Assembly: GCA_963794065.1 (NCBI GenBank)
Contig: CAWCDA010000042.1
Span: 143,861-207,860, forward strand
Direction of reading: 5' to 3'
DNA: 64,000 bases
Source of the DNA: an uncultured Actinomycetes bacterium
GTDB lineage: Bacteria > Actinomycetota > UBA4738 > HRBIN12
This document shows positions 25,838 through 35,480 of the stretch, one piece after another (position 1 is the stretch's first letter; each line of letters opens with the position of its first letter). The position numbers and the translations under genes were made by a program. The notes under the pieces were generated by a model. It searched no databases, was not told the origin of the DNA, and saw only the letters and a program-made list of their open reading frames with translations.

Positions 25838-26784
25838 CCTGGCAACCCGACCCCGACGCCTTCGTCCGGGACCTCGAGGCGAAACCCGCAGCGCTCCGGG
25901 CGCTCGCCGACGACGTGGCGGCGGACCCGTGGCGGGATGTGGGGGACCGGCGGCGTGTCGTGATCATCGGGATGGGCTCGTCCCGGTTCGCGGCGAAGCC
26001 GGTGGCCGGGCGGCTGCGCGCCCGCGGCGTGGATGCGGTGGCGGAGTTCGCGTCCTCGACCGTGCCACAGTCGGGTGGGCCGGGAACGCTCGCGATCGGG
26101 GTATCCGCCGGCGGCGAGACGCCCGAGACCGTGGAGGCCATACAACGCCACCGCGTCGCGGGATCGATGACCGTCGCCGTCACGAACACGTCCGGCGGTC
26201 CGCTGGTCGAGGCCTCGGAGCGCCACCTGCCGATGCTGGCGGGGGAGGAGACCGGGGGCGTCGCCTGCCGCTCGTTCCAGCACACGATCGCCCTGCTGCT
26301 TGCGATGATGGACGGCCTACCGGTCGCTGATGCCATCCGCCGCGCAGCGGAGGCGACGGAGGATCTCCTCGCCCGGCGCGATGCCTGGCTCCCGGACGCG
26401 GCCGAGCTGCTCGGCCCGACGGGTCGACAGTTCGTGCTCGCGCCCGATGCGCGAAGCAGCTCGGCCGCGCAGGGAGCACTGATGTTCCGCGAGGGCCCAC
26501 GGTCGCATGCCGATGCATGCGAGACCGGCGACTGGCTCCATGTGGACGTGTACCTGACGAAGTCGCTGGACTATCGCGCCCTGCTGTTCGCGGGCACGCG
26601 TTTCGACGCGGAGGTCCTTCGATGGCTCGCGGATCGTGGCGGGCAGGCACTGGTGGTCGGCGGCGGCATCGTGGGCGCAGCGCTCACCCTGCGATACCGG
26701 CACGACGAGGACGAGATCGTGGCGATGCTCACCGAGACGCTCGTCGCGGAGGTGGTGGCCGCGGAGTTGTGGCGGTTGGCGTAG
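25834..26784 (+). CDS. SIS-domain sugar-phosphate isomerase/binding protein
   Basis: Met71 of ORF 25624..26784; its ATG overlaps the kinase stop (ATGA). Motifs are VVIIGMGSSRFAA, then GVSAGGETPET, then VTNTSGGPL. Confidence 0.7.
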   Translation: MTWQPDPDAFVRDLEAKPAALRALADDVAADPWRDVGDRRRVVIIGMGSSRFAAKPVAGRLRARGVDAVAEFASSTVPQSGGPGTLAIGVSAGGETPETVEAIQRHRVAGSMTVAVTNTSGGPLVEASERHLPMLAGEETGGVACRSFQHTIALLLAMMDGLPVADAIRRAAEATEDLLARRDAWLPDAAELLGPTGRQFVLAPDARSSSAAQGALMFREGPRSHADACETGDWLHVDVYLTKSLDYRALLFAGTRFDAEVLRWLADRGGQALVVGGGIVGAALTLRYRHDEDEIVAMLTETLVAEVVAAELWRLA

Positions 26785-26793
26785 CATCGATCG

Positions 26794-27309
26794 ATGACCG
26801 ACGGCGTGCCAAGCCGGACCGAGGCGATCCGTCTCCTCCGCGAGGATCGCGTGCGAACGAGCGCGTTGCTCGACCGGTTGTCGTCCGACGCGTTCGTGAC
26901 GACGGGGCTCGGGGGTGGCACCTGGTCGCCAAAGGATCTGGTCGGGCATCTCGAGACATGGGAGCAGTTCGCCATCGACGCGCTCGAGGCCATCGAGCGC
27001 GGCGAGCCCGCCCCGATCTCGCAGGAGCTGCTCGACACCGACGCCCTCAATCGCCGGGAGGTGGAGGGCAAGGCGGGCCGCGGCGAGACGGAGGCCCGCG
27101 CGTCTGCGAGCGCCACGTACGAACGGCTGCTCGCGGCTATCGACGCGCTTCCCGACGCACGTTGGGCCGCGCCCGAGGGCGAGGGCACGGATCGGACGGT
27201 CGGGGATCGTCTCGGGTCGATCCTCGGGGGATCGCTCGGGCTGTTCCGCCACGACCCCGACCACTGGCAGGATCTCGAGACGTTCGCCGAGGTGCCGCCT
27301 CCGGGCTGA
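26794..27309 (+). CDS. DinB-superfamily protein
   Basis: 171-aa ORF; the WSPKDLVGHLETWEQFAIDAL and FRHDPDHWQDL His-containing helices are typical of the DinB fold. Confidence 0.55.
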   Translation: MTDGVPSRTEAIRLLREDRVRTSALLDRLSSDAFVTTGLGGGTWSPKDLVGHLETWEQFAIDALEAIERGEPAPISQELLDTDALNRREVEGKAGRGETEARASASATYERLLAAIDALPDARWAAPEGEGTDRTVGDRLGSILGGSLGLFRHDPDHWQDLETFAEVPPPG

Positions 27310-27317
27310 GCCCGACC

Positions 27318-28217
27318 TCAGGCGTGGATCAGGACCGGCGTGCCGAGCCGCAGGAGCGGCTTGAACCGATCAAGCGCCCATTCGCTCACGCGCACGCAGC
27401 CGGCCGACGCATTCGTGCCGATCGAGGCAGGGTTGTCGGTGCCGTGGATCGCAAGCTGGTCGCCGCCGCTCCATCCGGCCGGAAGCCGCGGCTGGATCCC
27501 ACTGATCCCGAACGCGAACGTGCCGAGCGCGCCGCCGGACGGGAAGGGCACGCGGTCGGTCACCACGTACGCGCCGGTCGGCGTCGGTGTCGACCAGGCC
27601 CCGGTCGCGCCGGCGACGGAGTAGAGGCGCTCGTCGCGTTTGAACACCCGCACGCGGTGCTCGGACAGGTCGACGTCCACGTGGACGAAGGTCGTCTCTC
27701 GTGTGAGCCCCGTCAACCGGATCCACCCGTCGACCCGGGGCCACACATAGGGAAGCTCGACGCGACCCCAGGTTCCCTTCGCGTTGGTCGCCTCGACCCA
27801 CAGGACGATCGGGACGCGGTAGTACTTCGACGCGGACGCGACCGTGCTCAACGCCGGGGCCGATGTCCACGGGTTGCGCCTGGCGATGATGCCACCGGCC
27901 GGGATGTGCACCAGCGTGCTCGGCTCGCTCCATCGAGCGTCGGCCGACCGGCGGTGATGCCTGCGCCCGGCGGCGGCCGAGGGGCGCCGGTCGGACCGCT
28001 TGGCTCCTTCGGCCGCGAGCACCTCCGTGCGCACCGCCGTGTGTTGGGCGCCCGGGTGAGTGCGCGCGGCCGCGATGACCACCACGCTCCCCGAGGTCGG
28101 CGCCGCGGCCGCCGCCCCTGCCATCGAGGCGGCCGCCGGCAGCGAGACGCTCAGCGCGGCAGCCAACGACACGGTGAGCCACGAGGCACGCAGCGCGGAT
28201 CGAACCCCTTGCAGCAT
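27318..28217 (-). CDS. L,D-transpeptidase (YkuD family)
   Basis: Signal peptide, then the C-terminal catalytic motif LAIHGTDNPASIGTNASAGCVRVSEW (HxxxxxxS.GC[IV]R). Confidence 0.85.
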   Translation of the reverse strand: MLQGVRSALRASWLTVSLAAALSVSLPAAASMAGAAAAAPTSGSVVVIAAARTHPGAQHTAVRTEVLAAEGAKRSDRRPSAAAGRRHHRRSADARWSEPSTLVHIPAGGIIARRNPWTSAPALSTVASASKYYRVPIVLWVEATNAKGTWGRVELPYVWPRVDGWIRLTGLTRETTFVHVDVDLSEHRVRVFKRDERLYSVAGATGAWSTPTPTGAYVVTDRVPFPSGGALGTFAFGISGIQPRLPAGWSGGDQLAIHGTDNPASIGTNASAGCVRVSEWALDRFKPLLRLGTPVLIHA

Positions 28218-28357
28218 GAACCCTGCATCGGCGCCCGCGCCTGGAACCCTGAGGGTGGTTCATCGTCGTGGTCGGGGGACACCCGAACGCACTACGCTGC
28301 GGAGATCCACTGGTAGCGAGGCCGGGACCCCCACGCCCGGAGGAGGGACACGCACCG

Positions 28358-29372
28358 ATGAACGACGCGATGCGCACCACCGCCACCGAACTGGTCGCGC
28401 CCGGCAAGGGCATCCTGGCCGCCGACGAATCGACCGGCACGATCAAGAAGCGGTTCGATTCGATCGGTGTCCCCAACACGGAGGAGAACCGACAGGCGTA
28501 CCGGCAGCTGCTGTTCACCACCCCGGCGCTGGGGGAGCACATCAGCGGCGCGATCCTGTTCGACGAGACGATCCGGCAGTCGACGGACGACGGGGTCTCC
28601 TTCGTGAAGGTCTTGGAAGGGGCGGGCGTGATCCCGGGGATCAAGGTCGACACCGGCGCGAAGCCGCTGGCGCTGTTCCCGAACGAGACGGTCACCGAAG
28701 GCCTCGACGGCCTTCGCGAGCGGCTGGCCGAGTATCGCGTGCTGGGCGCACGCTTCGCGAAATGGCGCGCGACGATCATCATCGGCGACGGGCACACCCA
28801 GCAATTTCGCGATCGACGCGAACGCACACGCGATGGCGCGCTACGCCGCCCTCTGCCAGGAGGCCGACGTCGTCCCGATCGTCGAGCCCGAGATCCTGAT
28901 GGACGGCGACCACGACCTCGCCGCCTGCGAGGAGGCGACGGGCCGCACGCTCGGCGCGCTGTATCGGCAGCTCGCCGCGCACCGGGTCGAGCTGCCCGGT
29001 TCGCTGCTGAAGGTGAACATGATCGTGCCGGGCGCCGGCAACGCGATCCAGGACGACGATCGAACGATCGCCGAGGCGACGATCCGGTGCCTGACGCAGC
29101 AGGTGCCGCCCGACGTCCCCGGGGTGGTGTTCCTGTCCGGCGGGATGAGCGACGAGCAGGCGACCAGCCGCCTGAACGAGATGAATCGGATCGGCGGCTT
29201 TCCCTGGCAGCTGTCCTTCTCCTACGGACGGGCGCTGCAGGCGCCGGCGATCAAGGCGTGGGGTGGCGACCCTGCGCACGTTGCGGCGGCGCAGCGAGCG
29301 CTCGCGCACCGCGCGAAGATGAACGGTCTCGCGCGCGCCGGCGCGTACGACCCGTCGATGGAGGCCGCGTGA
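28358..29372 (+). CDS. class I fructose-bisphosphate aldolase with an apparent 1-nt insertion in GGG at 28790-28792
   Basis: MNDAMRTTATELVAPGKGILAADESTGTIKKRF...KWRATIIIGDG (frame of ORF 28268..29404). It then continues TPSNFAIDANAHAMARYAALCQEADVVPIVEPEILMDGDH...LSFSYGRALQ (frame of ORF 28833..29372). GGAGGAGGG lies upstream of the ATG. Confidence 0.85.
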
Positions 29373-30546
29373 CATCGTCGCCGCGGACCGTCGCCGCGAG
29401 GTAGAGCGCGATCACGACGAACGCGGCGGCCTCCACGAGATAGACCGTCCGGAAGCTGACGAAGCCAACGATCAGCGCCCCGAACGCGAGCGAGAGCGCG
29501 AAGGGCACCGTGAATGCGGCGTCGATCGCGGCCATCACCCGTCCTTGCATCGCGACGTCGGTTCGGCGCTGCACGAGCGTGACGAACGCGACGTTGTAGA
29601 ACGACACCGCGATCCCGACGAACGCTGCCGACGCAAGCACCAGCCAGAGCTCGGCGGTCGCGAGCAGTCCGACGCCGACGCCCGCCGCGATCAGCGCCCA
29701 CGCGATCGTCGGGAGCTCGCCGATCCGGCGGATCGCGGCACCGACGATGACGCCGCCCACCACCGCGCCGACCCCCTGCGCGGTCGACAGCACGCCGAGG
29801 AACTCGGGCGGCTTGTGCAGTCCCACGTCGATCAAGGCGAAGATCATGACCTCCATCACGCCCGCGGCGAGCGTGACGAACAGGGTCGCGACCGTGAGCC
29901 GACGGACATCGGTCGTGTGGACGATGTGCCGAAGCCCGGCGCGGAGCTCGGCCCAGAAGTCGTTCTCCTCGGTGCGCTCGATCGTGGGCGCGGCCACGCC
30001 GAGGAGGAACAGTGCGGAGACCACGAAGGTGATCGCGTCGAGACCGGCGACCGCTTGCCCGCCGAAGATCGCGAACAGCGCCGCCCCTGCGAGCGGCGCC
30101 AGCAGCCGCATCGCCTGGTTCGTCGACTGGAGGAGGCCGTTGGCGTCTCCGAGCTCGTCGCCGGGGATCAAGCTGACCAGCAGACCCGCTCGTGCTGCGT
30201 CGTAGACGACGGTGGCGAGACCGAGGAGGAACGAGGTGACGTAGATCAGCCAGATGTCGCCGGCGTCGTGCACGCCGAGCAGCGGCAGGAGGCTCAGCGC
30301 CGCCGCGAGGTCGGTGCCGATCATGACCCGGCGTCGTGAAAAGCGGTCGACGTAGACACCGAGCGCCGGTCCGAACAGACTCGGCAGCACGAACGGCAGG
30401 ATCGCGAGACCAGCCTTCGCGTTGGATCCGGTCAGCGCCTTCACCCACACCGCCAGCGCGAGGAACATGGCGTGATCGCCGAAGGCCGACAGCGTCTGGC
30501 CGATCAGCAGGCGACGGTACGCGCGGTCGCGGAGGAGTGCCCGCAT
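29251..30546 (-). CDS. MFS transporter
   Basis: Met54 of ORF 29251..30705 starts MRALLRDRAYRRLLIGQTLSAFGDHAMFLALAVWV.... It has about 12 TM segments. The Arg-rich last 40 or so codons overlap the aldolase 3' end, so the true stop may be earlier. Confidence 0.75.
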   Translation of the reverse strand: MRALLRDRAYRRLLIGQTLSAFGDHAMFLALAVWVKALTGSNAKAGLAILPFVLPSLFGPALGVYVDRFSRRRVMIGTDLAAALSLLPLLGVHDAGDIWLIYVTSFLLGLATVVYDAARAGLLVSLIPGDELGDANGLLQSTNQAMRLLAPLAGAALFAIFGGQAVAGLDAITFVVSALFLLGVAAPTIERTEENDFWAELRAGLRHIVHTTDVRRLTVATLFVTLAAGVMEVMIFALIDVGLHKPPEFLGVLSTAQGVGAVVGGVIVGAAIRRIGELPTIAWALIAAGVGVGLLATAELWLVLASAAFVGIAVSFYNVAFVTLVQRRTDVAMQGRVMAAIDAAFTVPFALSLAFGALIVGFVSFRTVYLVEAAAFVVIALYLAATVRGDDVTRPPSTGRTRRRARDRSSSRGARALAAPPQRAQGRHPTP

Positions 30547-30548
30547 GC

Positions 30549-31352
30549 CTATCGCTTCGACGTCGCGACGCGAGTGATGTCGACGTCGCCGGAGACCGTG
30601 TTCACGGTGAGCTCCAGCTGTGGATCGCCGTCCGACGCTTCGCCGCGTGGGGCGGGGTCGAGCCCGCTGTGGACGTCGCCGCTGGTGGAGGACACGTCCA
30701 TCCACACCCCCATGCCTTCGCGCACGCCCACCTGCACATCACCGGAGATCGCTCGCACGTTGACCGACCCGGCGCCCACCTCTCGGAGCTCGACGTCGCC
30801 TGACCCGACGGTGATCGTGGAGGGTCCGTCGAGCCGTCGGATCTGGAGATCGCCCGACGCGCTCCGGATCAGGGCCCCGCCACCGATCGAGCCGATGTCG
30901 AGATCGCCCGAGGCCCCTTTGAACGAGAAGTGCCCGCCGATCGCACGGCCGCTGACGTCGCCGCTGGCACAGGAGATCTGCACGTCGCCGCTGATCTCAT
31001 CGAACGCGACCTCACCGGAGCCGGTCCGGAACGCGAGCGATCCGAGCGCGCCGCGCACTTCCAGCTCGGCAGAGCCAGTGGCGCCGTCGATCCTGCTGCC
31101 GGTCGGGACCGTCAGCTCGAACGTAGGGCCACGACCGAAGGAGAACCCCCAACCGCGCTTCGATCGATGCTCGATCGTCACCCGGTAGCCGTCGCCGACG
31201 GGCTCACAGCTGACGCTTGGCGGCGTCGCCTTGTCATAGCCGGAGATCTCGATCGAGGTCCGTTCCGTGTCGGTCGCATGCACGGTGACGTCGCCACTCG
31301 CGATCTGCAGCGCCACCGTGACCTCTCCCGGTGTGTCGTAGGTCTGTTGCAT
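30549..31352 (-). CDS. DUF4097-family beta-repeat protein (SGDV repeats)
   Basis: 267-aa ORF with iterated (A/G)SGD(V/L) strands: SGDVTVH, SGEVAFDEISGDVQISCASGDVSG, SGDLDIG, SGDLQIRR, SGDVELRE, SGDVQVGV, SGDVHSG, SGDVDITR. Confidence 0.8.
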   Translation of the reverse strand: MQQTYDTPGEVTVALQIASGDVTVHATDTERTSIEISGYDKATPPSVSCEPVGDGYRVTIEHRSKRGWGFSFGRGPTFELTVPTGSRIDGATGSAELEVRGALGSLAFRTGSGEVAFDEISGDVQISCASGDVSGRAIGGHFSFKGASGDLDIGSIGGGALIRSASGDLQIRRLDGPSTITVGSGDVELREVGAGSVNVRAISGDVQVGVREGMGVWMDVSSTSGDVHSGLDPAPRGEASDGDPQLELTVNTVSGDVDITRVATSKR

Positions 31353-31363
31353 CGTGTTCCTCC

Positions 31364-31831
31364 TCAGCTCCGGGCGTACCCGGAGATCCGATTGCCGGTG
31401 GCCGGGCGTCGTCGTTCTTCCGTCATCTTTCCGACTGCCGTCTGTGCGGACTGGACGAGCAGCGCGTTAACCGACACGCCGATCGTCTCGGCCGCCTCCT
31501 CGAGCGTCGCCTTGAGCGCATCGGGCATCCGAAGCGTGACGCGGGCGGTGGTGCCGTCGTCATCCGGCGACGTTGCGGGGACGGGGGCATCGGGAGCGTC
31601 GACGTAGATCAGGCTGGCGTCCTTGCCCGACACCCGAACCTCGGCGTGACCGGTCGAGAGTTGCTCGGTCAATTCGAGGGCGGCGTCGGCGAGGACGTCG
31701 AGGAGCCGGAGGTGGAGCGACGCCTCGAGCGGCCGGGCCATGCGTTCCAGCGCCGCAGCGAGCGAGTCGTCCGAACCGAGCGACGACTCCAGGTCGCCGC
31801 GGATGGCCTCGAGGTGCGGGGTGAGATCCAT
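31364..31831 (-). CDS. ribbon-helix-helix (HicB/CopG-like) protein preceding the DUF4097 gene
   Basis: Met40 of ORF 31364..31948, with GGAAGGA upstream. The C-terminal segment ARVTLRMPDALKATLEEAAETIGVSVNALLVQS is a typical RHH motif. Confidence 0.6.
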   Translation of the reverse strand: MDLTPHLEAIRGDLESSLGSDDSLAAALERMARPLEASLHLRLLDVLADAALELTEQLSTGHAEVRVSGKDASLIYVDAPDAPVPATSPDDDGTTARVTLRMPDALKATLEEAAETIGVSVNALLVQSAQTAVGKMTEERRRPATGNRISGYARS

Positions 31832-31882
31832 AGGACCGTCCTTCCGTCTGGGAGCCGTACCATATGCCGTCACCAACCTTCC

Positions 31883-31943
31883 GTCATCGTGACGTCGCAT
31901 CTGACGTATTGATGACGTCATGATGACGTCAATCACGACGTCT
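31883..31943. promoter_or_regulatory. array of five TGACGTC(A)-type sites spaced 11-12 bp in a divergent promoter region
   Basis: TGACGTC 31890, TGACGTA 31902, TGACGTCA 31913, TGACGTCA 31924, CGACGTC 31936. The segment is locally AT-richer. It lies between the RHH gene start (31831, minus) and the SDR gene start (31987, plus). Confidence 0.5.
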
Positions 31944-31986
31944 GTCAACCGGGCCCGATATCACCTGCCTGGGATAGGGTCCGAGG

Positions 31987-32986
31987 ATGAGGATCTGCAC
32001 GATCGGCGGCACGAATTTCTCGGGCAGGGCCTTCACCGGCCTCGCGCTCGAGGCGGGTCACGACGTCACGGTGTTCCACCGCGGACGAGGGGACGACCCG
32101 TGGCCGGAGGCCGAGCACATCCACGCCGATCGCGAGGGAGGTCTCGGCGCCCTTTCGGGCCGTTCATTCGATCTGATCGTCGACTTCTGCGCCTATGTGC
32201 CCCGGCAGGTCGACGAGGCGACGGCGGCGCTCCCGGACGGGCGCTATGTCTTCATCTCCTCGGTCTCCGCACACGTCGAGCAGGTGCGGGCCGGCGCCAC
32301 AGAGGTCGACGACGTCTACGGCCCGCCGTTCCCCGAAACGGAGGACGTCACGTGGGAAACCTATGGGCCGCTGAAGGTCGCCTGCGAGCAGGGCGCTGCT
32401 GACAGCGCGCGGCGACGGCGCCACGATCGTTCGGCCGCACTACATCGTCGGTCCCTACGACCCCACCGATCGATTCACCTACTGGGTCCGTCGAGCGTCG
32501 GTCGGTGGGCGCATGCTCGCGCCGGCGCCGGCCGACCAGCCGCTGCAGTGGATCGACGCGCGCGATCTCGCAGCGTTCGTCCTGCGTGTCGGGGTCGACG
32601 ACATCGCCGGCACCTTCAACGTCGCGGTCCCGCCGGGGCGCCATTCGCTCGGCGAACTCATCGAGACCGCCGCGGAGGCCGCGGGCTCTTCGGTCGAGGT
32701 CGCCTGGTGTGACCCGGAGTTCGTGGCTGCGAACGAGCTGCTCGTCTCGGAGACGAGCGACCCGTTCCCGCTGATCACGCCCGACGAGCCGAACGCCCAT
32801 GCGTTCGACACGTCGCACGCGGTCGCCAACGGGCTCACGTTCCGAACCCTGGAGTCCACCGTGACCGATACCCTCGTCTGGGACCGCGCGCGAGAGCTGC
32901 CGGAGCTGAGTGCTGGCCTTGCGGCGCAACGGGAAGCGGAGCTTCTCGCCGCATGGGAGGCGCCGCCGGGGCCGGTTGCTCCCTGA
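31987..32986 (+). CDS. NAD-dependent epimerase/dehydratase (SDR family) with an apparent frameshift near 32395-32410
   Basis: MRICTIGGTNFSGRAFTGLALEAGHDVTVFHRG (Rossmann)...GPLKVACEQ. It then continues in the frame of ORF 32513..32986: GATIVRPHYIVGPYDPTDRFTYWVRRA...MLAPAPADQPLQWIDARDLAAFV. Confidence 0.7.
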
Positions 32987-33068
32987 CCCATGGTTCGCGC
33001 CGACGTTCACCCCGGCGCCCCGGCCTCCGATACCGTGGTGAGCACCTAACCGATCAGGAGCACAGCCG

Positions 33069-34284
33069 ATGCAACGCACGAGCGCACCGCTTGACCTCGC
33101 GGCCGTCGAGCGGGTCCTGCAACCCTACGACCGGGCCCTCACGCTTCCAGGCGAGGCATACGGATCCCCCGACGTCTTTGCGTGGGAGCAGGCGCACCTG
33201 TTCGAGGGATCGTGGTCCTGTCTGGGGCGTACCGCGGACCTCGGTCTGGAGACGCCGGGGGACCAGGTCGCGCTGCAGGTCGGTCGTCAGAGCTTCCTCC
33301 TCGTGCGCGGCGACGACATGGTCGTGCGCGTGTTCCACAACATCTGCCGCCATCGAGGGCACGAGCTGCTCGGCGTCGGCGAGCATCGCAACCAACGGGG
33401 CATCCGGTGCCCCTACCACGCATGGGTGTACGGGCTCGGCGGCGATCTGCGTGCAACGCCGCGGTTCAACATGGACTCGCTGGACAAGGCCGACTTCCCG
33501 CTCGTCGAGGCGCGATCGGCGGAGTGGCACGGGTGGCTGTTCGTCAACGCGAGCGGCGACGCGCCGGACCTGACGGAGCACCTGGGAAACCTCGACATCG
33601 TCGTCGACGGCTATGCGCCGGAGGCGCTCCGGCTGGGTGCCATGCACGAATACGAGCTTGCGGCGAACTGGAAGATCGCCGTCGAGAACTACTGCGAGTG
33701 CTACCACTGTTCGGAGATCCATCCTGAGTTGTGCCGCGTGACGCCACCCGACTCCGATCTCGCCTACCCCGAGCGCTCGACGGGCGTCTGGCTCGGCGGA
33801 CCGATGGATCTCCTGGATCACGCGGTGACGATGTCGTTGACCGGCGCATCCGACGGCGTGCTCATCCCGGGCTTGCCCGAGGAGAAGCGTCGGCAGGTCG
33901 GCTACTCCGTCGTGTTCCCGAACCTGCTGATCAGCCCACACCCCGACTACGTGATGACGCATCGCCTGGTGCCGCTGGCCGCGGACCGAACGTGGGTCGA
34001 GTGCGCGTGGTACTTCCCTGAGGAGGCGTTCGCAAAGCCCGGATTTCTCCCCGGCGTACGCGACCGAGTTCTGGGACATCACGAACCGCGAGGATTGGGC
34101 CGCCTGCGAGTCCGTGCAACGCAACGTCACCTCGCCGGGATATCGACCCGGGCCGTTCTCGTACTGGGAGGTTGACGTGTTCCGCACGCAGGCCACGATC
34201 GCACGCGCATACCTGGAAGGGCATCTGTCGCCGCCCGAGCACGGGTACGTCGACGGTGTCGGGCGGGGTCTGACCGGCTTCTGA
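33069..34284 (+). CDS. Rieske [2Fe-2S] non-heme-iron oxygenase alpha subunit with an apparent frameshift near 34040
   Basis: Rieske motif CRHRGHEL...CPYHAWVY and mononuclear iron region NYCECYHCSEIHPEL. The C-terminus continues in the +1 frame (SPAYATEFWDITNREDWAACESVQRNVTSPGYRPGPFS...) to TGA 34282-34284. Confidence 0.75.
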
Positions 34285-34319
34285 TCGCATCTCCGGCCGA
34301 CGGCTAGGATGCCGCGGAC

Positions 34320-35480
34320 ATGACCCCCGGAAGGACCCTTGTCACCGTCGCGCTCGCCGGCGTGCTGCTGTCGGCGTGCACGGGCTCGACCGCGACGACC
34401 TCGGCGGCCGACGACCGCACCGCCGTCGACGACGACGAGCGCAACGCCGACCCCGTCCGAGCCGAAAACCGGCACCATCGTGGCCCAACCGGTCGCCACC
34501 GACCTCGATCATCCGGCCACGTTCGTCTTCGACGACAGTGGCGCGCTCTTCTACGGGGAGCGCCTGACGGCGAGATCCGCAGGATCGATCCGACGACCGG
34601 GAAGGACACGTCGGTGTTCACCGTCCCTCATGTCGTCGGCGACGTCGCGAACGAGCAAGGCCTCGTCGGGCTCGCCCTCGCCCCGGATTTCCCGCACAAC
34701 CCGTGGCTGTACGCGTACGCGACCCGCCTGGTCGGTGGAGTCGCGCACGACCAGATCGTTCGGCTCCGCGTCGACGGCACGCGCGGATCATCGATGCAAC
34801 TCGTGCTCGACGTGCAGGTCGCGGGCGAACGCCACAACGGGGGCCGCATGTTGTTCGGGCCCGACGGGATGCTCTACGTGGTCGTGGGCGAGACCTACGA
34901 CTCGGCGCTCGCGCAGGATCGGTCGGTCAACGGCGGCAAAGTGCTTCGCATGACCCCCACCGGCGGCATCCCGGCGGACAACCCCTTCCCGGGCAGCCGG
35001 ATCTACTCCTACGGGAACCGCAACTCGTTCGGTCTGGCGTTCGACCCGAACACGGACGACCTCTGGGAGACCGAGAACGGCCCGGAGTGCAACGACGAGC
35101 TCAACCGGATCCAGCCCGGTCGCAACTACGGCTGGGGCCCGTCGGAGAGCTGCAAGGGGAAGGCGCCCGGCAACACGAACGCCGACGGGCCGAAACCGGT
35201 TGCGCCGCTCCTGTTCTACCCGACGACGATCGGGCCGACCGGCATCGCGTTCTGCAACGGCTGCGGGCTTGGCACGGCGCGGGACGGCGATCTGTTCTTC
35301 GGCTCGTTCAACACCGGCGACATCCACGAGGTGACGCTCGACGCCGATCGCACCGGTGTGGCGCGCGACGCCACGCCGTTCAACCACGGCAACCTCGTGC
35401 TCTCGATCGAGACAGGACCGGACAACGCGCTCTACTTCAGCGACGGCGTGGGCATCTTCCGGCTGGCGCTCGAGGGCTGA
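34320..35480 (+). CDS. PQQ-dependent sugar dehydrogenase (soluble glucose/sorbosone dehydrogenase family) lipoprotein; an internal segment of about 120 nt is out of frame
   Basis: Lipobox LLSAC; GLVGLALAPDF, ERHNGGRMLFGPDGMLYVVVGE, SYGNRNSFGLAFDP, NDELNRIQPGRNYGWG. Residues of about 40-80 only make sense in the frame of ORF 34339..34953 (TGTIVAQPVATDLDHPATFVFDDSGALFYGER). Confidence 0.8.
   Translation: MTPGRTLVTVALAGVLLSACTGSTATTSAADDRTAVDDDERNADPVRAENRHHRGPTGRHRPRSSGHVRLRRQWRALLRGAPDGEIRRIDPTTGKDTSVFTVPHVVGDVANEQGLVGLALAPDFPHNPWLYAYATRLVGGVAHDQIVRLRVDGTRGSSMQLVLDVQVAGERHNGGRMLFGPDGMLYVVVGETYDSALAQDRSVNGGKVLRMTPTGGIPADNPFPGSRIYSYGNRNSFGLAFDPNTDDLWETENGPECNDELNRIQPGRNYGWGPSESCKGKAPGNTNADGPKPVAPLLFYPTTIGPTGIAFCNGCGLGTARDGDLFFGSFNTGDIHEVTLDADRTGVARDATPFNHGNLVLSIETGPDNALYFSDGVGIFRLALEG

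Noticed and set aside
29251-29372. 122-nt convergent overlap between the aldolase 3' end and the MFS transporter 3' end as a regulatory antisense arrangement.
   Set aside because: The MFS tail in the overlap is Arg-rich and not membrane-like. The most likely explanation is a missing stop or read-through in GC-rich sequence, not a functional overlap.
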